Below are positions 32,285 through 41,545 of a DNA stretch of 64,000 bases, piece after piece. This stretch comes from an uncultured delta proteobacterium. Lineage in GTDB: Bacteria; Myxococcota_A; Polyangia; Fen-1088. Both the position numbers and the translations under genes were made by a program. Location: assembly GCA_963767925.1 (NCBI GenBank), contig CAVYGB010000002.1, positions 1,088,001 to 1,152,000 of the forward strand. Direction: 5' to 3'. Every line of letters starts with the position of its first letter. Positions within the stretch are counted from its first letter, which is position 1. A model generated the notes under the pieces. It was not told the DNA's origin and did not search any database. It was given only the letters and a program-made list of their open reading frames with translations.

Positions 32285-33448
32285 TCACGGCTCCTGCAGC
32301 AGCGGGTGGAGCGTGACCTCGAAGATGGCCGGCCATCGCTTGCCGGTGAGGAGCCAGGTCCCCCGCTCCGGTACGTGGGCGATCCCGTTCAGGTCGGCTG
32401 CCCGCGATCGGTCGGCGCCGGCGCCGGCCTGGTCGAGCAGGAGGCCGGTGTCGATCCAGCCCGTCACCGTCCCGGAGGCTAGATCGATGCGCGCGATGTG
32501 GCGCTGCTGGTGGACGTTGGCGTAGACGTCGCCGCCGAGGCATTCGAGCTCGTTGAGCAGGGGCAAGGGGAGGCCCCGCTTGCGCACTGGAACCCGCCTC
32601 ACCACCTCGAAGGTCACCGGGTCGCGCACCTGCAGGACGTCGGTCCCGTCGCTCATCACGAGGTGGGTGCCGTCGTGGCACAGGCCCCAGCCGGGCCCGT
32701 CGTAGGTCAGCTCACCCAGGCGAGCCAGCGCGCTCTTGCTCCAGACGAACGCCCGACCCCCCTGGTACGAGAGCTGGATCAACCGATCGCCGACGACCGC
32801 GAGGCCCTCGCCGAACACCCCGGCCGGCAGGCTGACGGTAGCGTCCACCCGGCCGGTCTCGAGCTCCACCCGCCGCAGCGACGACTGGCCCAGCAGGCCC
32901 GTGCTCTCGAAAATCCAGCCGCCACTGTCGTAGACCAGCCCCTCCGTGAAGGCGTCGATCGCGTGGGGGTAGACGCGCCTCACCTCCACCCGGAGCTCCT
33001 GATAGGGCAGGCTCACCCCCGGCTCGGTGCGCGGTGGCAGCGTGTTCACGGCGCTGTAGTTGCCGCAGCGGTTGCCCGGCCACCCGGGGTTCTGCCGACA
33101 GGTGGAGGAGGGAAGGTTGCTGGCCTCCCGGCACTCCCGGTCGGACCGGCAGGACCGGCAGCGCCCGTCCACGCAGAAGTAGGCCCCGCAGGAATGCTCC
33201 CGGCCCATCACCAGCCCCGCCGGCGTCACCGGCGCCGGCTTGCAAGCCGTCCCGAAGCGGGTGGTGACGTCCACACCTCCACAGACGCCCGAGCTGTCGC
33301 AGAACCCTTCGGGACAGTCCACGTCCTCGGCGCACCGTCGCTCCCCGCTCGCTGGCGCGCCCGCCCGCGCCCGGTCGTCTCCGCAGGCCGTGGCCCCCAG
33401 GACCACGCCCCCCAGGACCACGCCCGCGTACCACCAGCGATGTTTCAT
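32285..33448 (-). CDS. Glutaminyl-peptide cyclotransferase (type II) lipoprotein with Cys-rich N-domain
   Basis: Lipobox LGATAC; YPH..AFTEGL, ESTG, FGEGL, GWGL, MSDG, LNELE, LNGIA, TGKRWP. Confidence 0.9.
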   Translation of the reverse strand: MKHRWWYAGVVLGGVVLGATACGDDRARAGAPASGERRCAEDVDCPEGFCDSSGVCGGVDVTTRFGTACKPAPVTPAGLVMGREHSCGAYFCVDGRCRSCRSDRECREASNLPSSTCRQNPGWPGNRCGNYSAVNTLPPRTEPGVSLPYQELRVEVRRVYPHAIDAFTEGLVYDSGGWIFESTGLLGQSSLRRVELETGRVDATVSLPAGVFGEGLAVVGDRLIQLSYQGGRAFVWSKSALARLGELTYDGPGWGLCHDGTHLVMSDGTDVLQVRDPVTFEVVRRVPVRKRGLPLPLLNELECLGGDVYANVHQQRHIARIDLASGTVTGWIDTGLLLDQAGAGADRSRAADLNGIAHVPERGTWLLTGKRWPAIFEVTLHPLLQEP

Positions 33449-33582
33449 GCCCAGCCCGTGCTGGCCGGCCCCGAATCGCCCCCGAGGTACCGGTCGGCCA
33501 CCGCCGCCATCTTAAACCGCCGGACGGTTGGTTTCACGCCGGGAGGCGAAGATCGGCGGGCCTCTCGGATGCCCGCCCTCAA

Positions 33583-34957
33583 TCAATCACAACCCGGGGC
33601 ATCTCCCCCAGGTCCCCCGTAGGTGAACCACACATCGAACCCCGGCGTTATCGATGTGTTGACGCCCGACACGGAATAGCAGGCCGGGTCGATGTCCCCG
33701 AGGGCGCCGGCTTCAGTCGAGAACCAGACGTTCCCGGCCATCCGCTCGACGATCATCTGACGCAAGTAGGCCGGCTCCGGGGTGTTCGGGTCGGCGTCGG
33801 CCGCCGTGCCGGGGATGCCGTTCCCCATGTTGGCGGGCGTCCAGGAAGGCGTTACCTCGGTGTCGTCGAACACCTCGCCGTACCAGAGCGCCTCGCACGC
33901 GGAAGAATCGATCAGGTCGAAGGGGATCTCGGCGTCTCCCTCGCCAGTCGGAAAGTAGCCGAGCGTGGTGGTGGTGGTGCCCACCGTGTCCTGGATCCAC
34001 CACACGCCGCCGGAGAGGACCGTGCGGATCTGGCGCTCGCTTCCGCCGGCCCCCACCGGCAGGACGCTGCCCGGCGGGAAGCCGCCGGCCGAGGGGACGA
34101 AGCCCTGGATGCGGCGATCGTAGCCACGGGTCAGGTCCTGCTCGGGTCCGTCGTAGCCCGCCGTCGTGAAATAGACGAAAAAGTGAACATTGAAGTCGCC
34201 GTACAGTACCGGGTTCTTCGTCATGCCGACCTCGATCGACTCCAGCGTCGTGCCGGGGTCTGCGCCCCGGCAGATGGCCGCGAGTTGGGCGAGCGAGAAG
34301 TTGTCCGACTCGACCCCCTCGAAATCGAAGAAGCTCGCGAAGCCGCTGGTCCCCTGGTTGCTGACCTCATGCGTCCGGCCGGCGTAGAGCCGCCTGCGCC
34401 CCTCCGGCTGAGGAAACGGAATCGATCGCAAGAACGCGTCCAGGCTCGTCGCCTGGCTCCTGCCTTCAACGTAAAATGCGAAACTGGGGCGAACGATCGG
34501 GACCGTGCCTTCGGGCCCCCGATACTTCGGATCGGACCACAACGCTGCAAGGTCGACACCCGGGGCTACCGCCCTGGGCGGTGGAAGCCCAACGCCGTCC
34601 GCTGCCGCCGGTCGCGCTGAGGCTGGGCGCGCTGGCGGGGACGGTGGCATCCTGGTTTCGAAGCGAGGATCGAGATCGTGCGGGTCTACCCAGTCGACCA
34701 TCTCACCAAAGGGCCCCTCCTTTGTCACCACCGGCCGGACCTTTGCGAAGTAGGTGCGATTCAGGTGGTCACGCACCTCTGCCTCCCGTTCTGCCCGTCG
34801 GGCCGCGGCCCTCGGATCCGGGAGGGTACCAGCCGGCGCCTGTACCTTGAAGGTCGCCGCTACCCGCGCGCCCGTCTCTTCGTCACACCCCATGCTTGCG
34901 CAGACGAGCCCCGCGCAGACCGACCCGATCATGTCTCTGCCGCAAAAACGCATGCGC
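33583..34957 (-). CDS. Neprosin-like glutamic peptidase with pro-domain (start uncertain)
   Basis: GEMVDWVD and PEGTVPIVR pro-domain; SIEVG and WYGEV catalytic Glu motifs; LGYFP, MGNG, CY, FTYGGPGG. Confidence 0.85.
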
Positions 34958-35285
34958 ATCTCCCTTCCTCGCGCCACCCGGGCCGCCAGCGAGTTGCACA
35001 CTCCCGAGCGGATGGCGCCGCCAAGCCTCGAGCCGCATCTGGCTGCCGAGTGGAAGTGGCCTTGACCCCTCCAGATAGGGTCAAAAATTCTTGTATCACA
35101 GCGACATGGAGACCTCCCCCGACTCTGCGGTGTCTCCTCAGCCAGTCTCCACCGACGGCCCGATCGTCGGGATCTCGGGGATCGACCTCCGTCGGTGCCG
35201 GCCAGCTCGAGGTGCGCGCGAGAGGCCCACGACCGCGTCAGCTACCCTCACCCACCATCCGGTGGCAGGATCGCACGACGATGGT

Positions 35286-36108
35286 TCACCGGCCCTCCCT
35301 GGCGAGCACCAGGCGAAGCCGATGCAGCCGTCGTGGGCGTCTTGCGCGATCCCGTAGCGGAACCAGACCGTGCAGTGGATGTCCCAGTTGTGGTGGCAGC
35401 CGCCGCGGAGCCGGCGGTCGGTGCCGGGGCCGAGCCAGGGCGTGCCGTCGAGCGGTACCCCGGCGAGGTCGTCGGTGCACGAGTCCTGGCACCACTCCCA
35501 GACGTTCCCGGACATGTCATGGAGACCGAGCTGATTCGGCGCCTTCGTCGCGACCGCGTGGGTGCGGGGGGGTTTGCGGCGGGGGAAACGTCCCAGGAGG
35601 CGCCAGCCGATCCGCCAGCCGAGCACCCGCAGACGAGGCGGCGGGCGCGGGAGAACCGGGGGCCATACCAGGCGACGTCGTCGGCGGCGTCGCTGCCGCT
35701 GAAGGCAAAGCCATCCCTCCAGGCCGGGCCGCCGCGCGCCGCGTACTCCCACTCCGTCTCGGACGGGAGGCGAAACCGCAGGTTGCGATCCGGGCCGGCG
35801 ACGGCGCCGAGGACGTCGCTCGCATTGATCCGGTCGAGGAAGCCGCCCGGGCCCGTGATGTCGTTCCAGGAGACGTTTTCGACCGGAGCGCGAGCTTCCT
35901 GGCGCTCGGATGGATTCACCCCCATCCCGTGTCTCCAGAGCGCCTGCGTGACCGGCGTGGTCATCATGTGGAAGTCGCGAATCTCGACGGGGCGCCGCCT
36001 GGGCTCCGCGCCGAACAGGTACGGCCTGCCCGCCGTCCCCGCGACCGGCACGAAATGCACCTCGTGTTCCTCTTCGCCGACCCACCAGCGATAGCGCAGC
36101 CCGCTCAT
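35286..36108 (-). CDS. FGE-sulfatase (SUMF1/EgtB/PvdO) domain protein, two frameshifts
   Basis: PVTQALW, FRLPSETEWEYAARGG, PNQLGLHDMSGNVWEWC, RGG, CIGF(R)LV; shifts near 35630 and 35315. Confidence 0.8.
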
Positions 36109-36205
36109 GCTGGGACCCATCCGTCAGAGAACCGGCGGGAGCGGGCCCGGCGGGGAGAGCGCGGCCCGCTCGCGCCACCGGAGCTCGACGTCACCACGCC
36201 GCCCG

Positions 36206-36850
36206 TCATCTTGCGCTCGACCGCCGCGGGCCGTCCCGGGTGGCCGCGATCGCGGCGGCTGCCGCGAGCTTGTGTCTGGCTTGCCAGGGAGGCCCGATCG
36301 AACGACCCATCTCGGACAGGAAGGCGTTGATGTCCTTTCGCCCGAGCGCCGCTGCCGCCTCCTGGAACACCCGCTCCCGGTCGTACCAGACCACCACCCA
36401 GCCGCGCGCCGCGGCCGCCGCCGCGAGGGCCTGGCGGTACATGACCGTGTCGGCGAAGGTCTGCGCACGGTTGTCGGTGATCCGCTCTTCGACCGTCGGC
36501 GGCAGCTCCGGGCAAACACGGAGCGCGATGCGCGCGATCGGCACCGCCACCGCCGCGGCCAGCGCCGCCAGGCTCTCCCGCGCGCCCCGCGCCGCCGCCA
36601 CCCGCACCCGCTCGACCAGCGCCACCGCCTCGGCGAGCGAGAGCACGCGCGCTCCCGGCGTGTTCAGATAACGCCCCACCGCCCACGACCCCTCGTGATG
36701 ATGTGGATGCGTCGGCATCCCCCGCTCGGTGAGATCGACACGCCGACGATCGAGCACCTCGCCCCCGACATCAACCGTGACGAGCTCCGCCGAGTTCCCA
36801 TTCTCGGCAACACCGACCGCCGCCGCTGCCTGCGTTCGCGCTCTCGCCAC
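36206..36850 (-). CDS. Hypothetical protein
   Basis: VLDRRRVDL...PTHPHHHEG...GPPWQARHKLAAAAA; coding-like codon bias. Confidence 0.7.
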   Translation of the reverse strand: MARARTQAAAAVGVAENGNSAELVTVDVGGEVLDRRRVDLTERGMPTHPHHHEGSWAVGRYLNTPGARVLSLAEAVALVERVRVAAARGARESLAALAAAVAVPIARIALRVCPELPPTVEERITDNRAQTFADTVMYRQALAAAAAARGWVVVWYDRERVFQEAAAALGRKDINAFLSEMGRSIGPPWQARHKLAAAAAIAATRDGPRRSSAR

Positions 36851-36973
36851 CCGTTTCCTCTCGTGGCAACGGTACTGCCGTTACCTGGCAGAAGGAAGAG
36901 GGGGAAAACCGCGCGAACGTCGTCTGGCTGGCCCGGAAGGAGAAGCTCACGCTATCGATGTCGAGAGGGTACG

Positions 36974-38098
36974 TCATGCGGGATCGAAGGGATCCTTCTT
37001 GCCGCCGATGTTCCTCGTGAGCGGCCTGGGGATGTCTTCCTTCCAGGAGCCGAGACGTTCCGGGTCGGCGGCCTTCATCGTGTGGGCGCGGACGTAGGCG
37101 CCGACCTCGTCGATGCCGCGCTGGCCTTCGGGGGTGGTGGCGCGCAGCAGGTGCCAGGCGTGGACCATGTCGTCGTACACCGAGAACTGGAGGTCCACGC
37201 CGGCGGCGGTGGCGCGCTCGGCGAAGGCGCGGATCTGGTCGAGCAACGTCTCGGCCGCGCCGGCCTGGACGAGGAGGGGGGGCAGGCCGGCGAGGTCGGC
37301 GAAGAGGGGGGAGATGGTCGGCTTGCGCGGGTCGACGCCGGCGAGGTAGGCGGCCGCGGCCAGGCGGCAGTGCACTTCACCGACGAAGTCGTAGCGGGCG
37401 TTGGTCTGGAAGCTCGCGCCGGAGCAGGCGAGGTCGACCCAGGGGCAGATGGCCACCGCGGCGGCCGGGAGGGGCTCGCCCCGGTCGCGCAAGGTCAGGA
37501 GGGTGTTGAGGACCAGGGTGCCGCCGGCGGACTCGCCGGCGACGACGATGCGGCTGGCCGGGATGCCCTCGCTCAGCAGGTAGCGGTAAGCGCTCAGAGC
37601 GTCCTCCAGGGCGGCCGGGGTCGGGTGCTCGGGGCCCAGGCGGTACTCGAGCGCGAAGGTGCGGGCCCGGGCGGCGCGGGCCAGGCCGCCGATCAGGTTG
37701 CCGTGCGTGCGCAGCGAGCCGAAGACGAAGCCGCCGCCGTGAAAGTACAGCAGCACGGGGCCGTCCGCGCCAGGCGGCTCCAGCCAGACGCCGTGGATCG
37801 GGACGGAGGCGCCCTCGTGGCGTACGAAGCGGGGCGTGAGGCCATCGGTCTGCAGCGGGCTCAGGTTCTCCGAGACGCTCCGCCAGCGCACGATCCCGAT
37901 CTTCGGCATGACCGACCAGACGCCCCGGGTGGCCGCCAGCATCACCTCGAAGCCGGAGCCCCACGCCGGCCGGCGCCGGCGGCCGATCAGCCGCCGCAGC
38001 GTCGCGAGCAACGCGTACAGCAGGCACGCGCCGAGCACGCGAGCCATGTCGAAGAAGCGGGCACGTGTCCTCTTCAGCGCGGGGTGCTGGGTGCTCAC
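36974..38098 (-). CDS. Alpha/beta hydrolase, HSL-family esterase
   Basis: HGGGF, YRLGPEHP, GESAGG, ISPL, E.LLD, MVHAW. Confidence 0.92.
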   Translation of the reverse strand: MSTQHPALKRTRARFFDMARVLGACLLYALLATLRRLIGRRRRPAWGSGFEVMLAATRGVWSVMPKIGIVRWRSVSENLSPLQTDGLTPRFVRHEGASVPIHGVWLEPPGADGPVLLYFHGGGFVFGSLRTHGNLIGGLARAARARTFALEYRLGPEHPTPAALEDALSAYRYLLSEGIPASRIVVAGESAGGTLVLNTLLTLRDRGEPLPAAAVAICPWVDLACSGASFQTNARYDFVGEVHCRLAAAAYLAGVDPRKPTISPLFADLAGLPPLLVQAGAAETLLDQIRAFAERATAAGVDLQFSVYDDMVHAWHLLRATTPEGQRGIDEVGAYVRAHTMKAADPERLGSWKEDIPRPLTRNIGGKKDPFDPA

Positions 38099-38225
38099 GG
38101 CAGCGAGCCTAGCCGATCTGCCCTATCCGGCCGTCACCCACAACGTGATGCTCGGGCCCGGACACGACCCTCGCTGTGCGCGACCGCTCGCTGCGAGAGC
38201 ACGATGGGTGACCGGCGAACCCCGA

Positions 38226-38407
38226 AGACCCCTCACCCCTCCCTCTCCCCGCTGCCGCGGGGCGCGGGCGAACAAGCTAGGAGATGCAACGATCATCTAC
38301 GGTCCGGGCGGGATTTGTCCGAAACTTCCGCTACGGTCCGGGCGGGATTCGTCCGAAACTTCCGCGCCAGGTTGCCCGTTCGCCCTCGCCCCGCGAAGCG
38401 GGGAGAG
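38226..38407. repeat. REP/BIME-like element with internal 34-bp tandem duplication
   Basis: Same arms as 980; CTACGGTCCGGGCGGGATT(T/C)GTCCGAAACTTCCG twice at 38297-38364; right arm truncated. Confidence 0.88.
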
Positions 38408-38681
38408 TCTTCGTGACGCCGGAGACGGCCTCACCCCCACTGACGGAAATGGTGAGATCAGTGATCTCGAGCGGTTACGCCATTTCCATAGCAGGGAGGG
38501 GCTCCGGCGGCGATCGGTGGTGGCGGGAAATGCACGGATTCCTCGCGCGCCCGACCTGACCGAACAGGCGCGCAGGTGGGGCGGCCGGGGCCCGCGCCGG
38601 AACGTGTGTGACCTGCTCCACCCCCACCGACCCTGCCCCGAACCGCCCCCGTGCACAAGGGGGCCGCCGCCCCCTGGGCGG

Positions 38682-39275
38682 TCAGTTGCAGCGGTAGACG
38701 GTGAAGGTGCCGTTGAGCGTGTTGCTGGCGTCGGCCTGCACGACCATCGACCCGGTCAGCTCGAGGGCGGTGGGCCAGGGGCCGATCGTCACCTTGGCCC
38801 GGTCGGTGCCGAGGGTGTTCAGGCTGCCGTCGGTCTTCAGCGAGGCCAGGGTGACGCTGTTGAAGCCGGAGATGCTCTGGCCGCCCCCCCAGGTGAAGCT
38901 GCCGCCGGTGCGCGGGACCCGGAAGATCACCCGCAGCTCGAGGTCGGGGTTGGAGCCCGCCGGGGGCTGGTTCCAGCAGGGGCCGTTCAGCTCGGGGGAG
39001 AACGCCAGCAGCTCAACGTCCATGGCGCTGGCGTCGCCGGCCACCGCCTTGACGAACCCGGTGACGAACTCGAAGGTCTTGCCCGCGATCTTGCCCTTGG
39101 CGTTTGTCGTCTGGTAGGCGGGCAGCTCGGTCGCCGAGCCATCGGCCCCCCCGCCGCCGCCCCCGGTGCCGCCGCTGCCCCCCGAGCCGCCGGCGCCGCC
39201 CTGCCCCCCCGGGCTGGTGCCGGCCGCGCAGCCGATCAGACAGGCCACCACGAACACCCACCGGCTCCGCTTCAT
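38682..39275 (-). CDS. Hypothetical lipoprotein with Gly-rich linker
   Basis: MKRSRWVFVVACLIGC lipobox. Confidence 0.75.
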   Translation of the reverse strand: MKRSRWVFVVACLIGCAAGTSPGGQGGAGGSGGSGGTGGGGGGADGSATELPAYQTTNAKGKIAGKTFEFVTGFVKAVAGDASAMDVELLAFSPELNGPCWNQPPAGSNPDLELRVIFRVPRTGGSFTWGGGQSISGFNSVTLASLKTDGSLNTLGTDRAKVTIGPWPTALELTGSMVVQADASNTLNGTFTVYRCN

Positions 39276-39365
39276 CCGCATTCCCCCCGGCACATGGCTC
39301 CGTCTCCTGTTATCGGAGGCGCGCCTACCTTCTTGAGCTGACCCGCGGCGGCGGGCCAGCGGGCC

Positions 39366-40232
39366 TCACTCCAGGGGGCGAGCGGGCAGGGGCGCGCCGG
39401 GATCGGTGCGGAAGCGGTAGCCGACGAAGAAGGCGTACTCCTCGCAGTTGTGGCGGGCGTAATAGTCGATCACATCGCGCCAGCCGATGCTCTTGCTGTC
39501 GATGCCGTCGCGCACCTCGCGCCAGGAGAAGGTCTGCGGGCAGAGCGCCCCCCGCAGCGGCACGTGCCCGGACGCCGTGCGCGAGTCGTACAGCACCGCG
39601 CTGGCCGGCAGGCGCGAGGCGTACACCGCGGCCAGCGCCGGCAGCTCGATGATCTCCACCCGCGACACCTCTATCTCGGTGTTGTGGCGGTAAAGGCACT
39701 CGGTGCGGCGGAGGGTCTGCTTGGGCTCGATGACGATGGCGTTGTGGGGGATGTCCCCCTTGCTGGCGCACTTCTTCCGGTTGGGCACGTCGGTCTGGAT
39801 GCGGTAGGCGAGATAGCGCGCGGTCCTGTTCTCGATGCGCAGCACGAGGTGATCGAACTGGAAGGTCTGGCCGTCGAGGGAGGCCCGGTTCTTCTCGACG
39901 TCGAGCGACAGCCGCAGGTGGGGCGTCTCGATGGGCGTCTTGACGCCGAGCCGCTGCCGGTCGCGCACCTCCTCGACGTAGAGGAAGGGGGCCTGGAACT
40001 CCTCCAGGGTGGGGGGCGTGACCCCCAGCGTGCGCGCGTCCTGCTCGAGCTGGCCCCGGTACACCACCGGGGAGAAGCGCAGCTCCTGGTTCATCATCGA
40101 CTCGGGCGGCGGGGTGGAGCGCGGGCGCTCGGGCGTGGGGGGCGGTCCGCCGGCGTACAGGGCGGCCATGCCGATCCCGACCAGCACCACCGCGGCCATC
40201 ACGGCCACCCCGCCCATCGTCCTCCCCTCCAC
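39366..40232 (-). CDS. Hypothetical membrane-anchored/exported protein
   Basis: N-terminal hydrophobic segment; follows serS in the same orientation. Confidence 0.75.
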   Translation of the reverse strand: MEGRTMGGVAVMAAVVLVGIGMAALYAGGPPPTPERPRSTPPPESMMNQELRFSPVVYRGQLEQDARTLGVTPPTLEEFQAPFLYVEEVRDRQRLGVKTPIETPHLRLSLDVEKNRASLDGQTFQFDHLVLRIENRTARYLAYRIQTDVPNRKKCASKGDIPHNAIVIEPKQTLRRTECLYRHNTEIEVSRVEIIELPALAAVYASRLPASAVLYDSRTASGHVPLRGALCPQTFSWREVRDGIDSKSIGWRDVIDYYARHNCEEYAFFVGYRFRTDPGAPLPARPLE

Positions 40233-40258
40233 CCCCCGAACCCTTCTTTCTGACTAGG

Positions 40259-41527
40259 TCATCCCAGGACCGTCGCGCCCCCGAAATATGGACGCAGGGC
40301 CGCGGGGACGTCCAGCTTGCCGTCGGCGCGCTGGTAGGTCTCGAGCACCGCGATCAGGGTGCGGGGCAGGGCCAGGCCGGACCCGTTGAGCGTGTGGACG
40401 AAGCCCTTTTCCTTGGTGGCCGCGTCGCGAAAGCGGATCTTCGCCCGGCGCGCCTGGAAGTCGCCGAAGTTCGAGCACGAGCTGACCTCCAGCCACTCGG
40501 CGCAGCCAGGGGCCCAGACTTCGAGATCGAATTTCACCATCGCGGAAAAGGAGAGGTCGCCCGTGCACATCTCGACAACCCGGTAGGGCAGCTCGAGGTG
40601 CTTGATGACGTCTTCGGCATCTGACAGGAGCCCCTGAAGCTCGGCCATCGAGGTCTCGGGCCGCACGAACTTCACCAGCTCGACCTTGTCGAACTGGTGG
40701 CCGCGCTTGATGCCGCGCGTGTCGCGGCCGGCCGCCATCTGCTCGCGCCGGAAACAGGCCGAGTAGGCGACGTGTTTGATCGGCAAGGTGGCGCCGTCGA
40801 GGATCTCCTCGCGGTAAAGGTTGGTCACCGGCACCTCGGCGGTGGGGATGAACCAGAAGTCCTCGACCGCGTCCCGGTAGAGATTGTCTCCGAATTTCGG
40901 GAGGTTGCCGGTGCCGACCAGGGCCTCGCGCCGCACCATCACCGGCGGCAGGATCTCGGTGTAGCCGTGTTTTGTCGTGTGCAGGTCGAGCATGAAGGTG
41001 ATGAGCGCCCGCTGCAGCCGGGCCCCCCAGTCCTTCAACATGTAAAAGCGGGAGCCCGACACCTTGACCCCCCGGTCGAAGTCGATGACCCCCGCGCGCG
41101 GGCCGAAGTCCCAGTGCGGCAGCGGGGTGAAGTCGAAGGTGCGCTTCTGCCCTTCCTCGCGGGCCACCCGGTTCTCGCTGTCGTCCTTGCCGACCGGCAC
41201 CGAGGGGTGCGGCAGGTTGGGCAGGTCGAGCAGGCTCTCGTCCCGTTTGGCCTCCCCCTCGGTCAGGCGCACCCGCAGGCCCTCCAGCCGCTGCTTGAGG
41301 GCGGCGCCCTGGGCCTTGATCTGCTCGCGCGCCTCGGGCGTGGCCGCCCGGGCGATCTCCTTCGAGAGGCGGTTCTGCTCGGCGGCGATCCCCTCGGACT
41401 CGCCCTGCAGCTTGCGCACCTCCTCGTCGAGGCTGATGAGGGCGCTGAGGTCGATGTCGGCGCCGAGGCGGGCGAAGCCGGCCCGGACCTCGTCGGGTTT
41501 CTCTCGGATCAGGCGGATGTCGAGCAT
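40259..41527 (-). CDS. serS: Serine--tRNA ligase
   Basis: MLDIRLIRE, LPNLPH, IPTAEVP, CFRRE, HQFDKVE, EVSSCSN, HTLNGSGLA. Confidence 0.98.
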   Translation of the reverse strand: MLDIRLIREKPDEVRAGFARLGADIDLSALISLDEEVRKLQGESEGIAAEQNRLSKEIARAATPEAREQIKAQGAALKQRLEGLRVRLTEGEAKRDESLLDLPNLPHPSVPVGKDDSENRVAREEGQKRTFDFTPLPHWDFGPRAGVIDFDRGVKVSGSRFYMLKDWGARLQRALITFMLDLHTTKHGYTEILPPVMVRREALVGTGNLPKFGDNLYRDAVEDFWFIPTAEVPVTNLYREEILDGATLPIKHVAYSACFRREQMAAGRDTRGIKRGHQFDKVELVKFVRPETSMAELQGLLSDAEDVIKHLELPYRVVEMCTGDLSFSAMVKFDLEVWAPGCAEWLEVSSCSNFGDFQARRAKIRFRDAATKEKGFVHTLNGSGLALPRTLIAVLETYQRADGKLDVPAALRPYFGGATVLG

Positions 41528-41545
41528 GTCGGGAAACTTGTCCGA

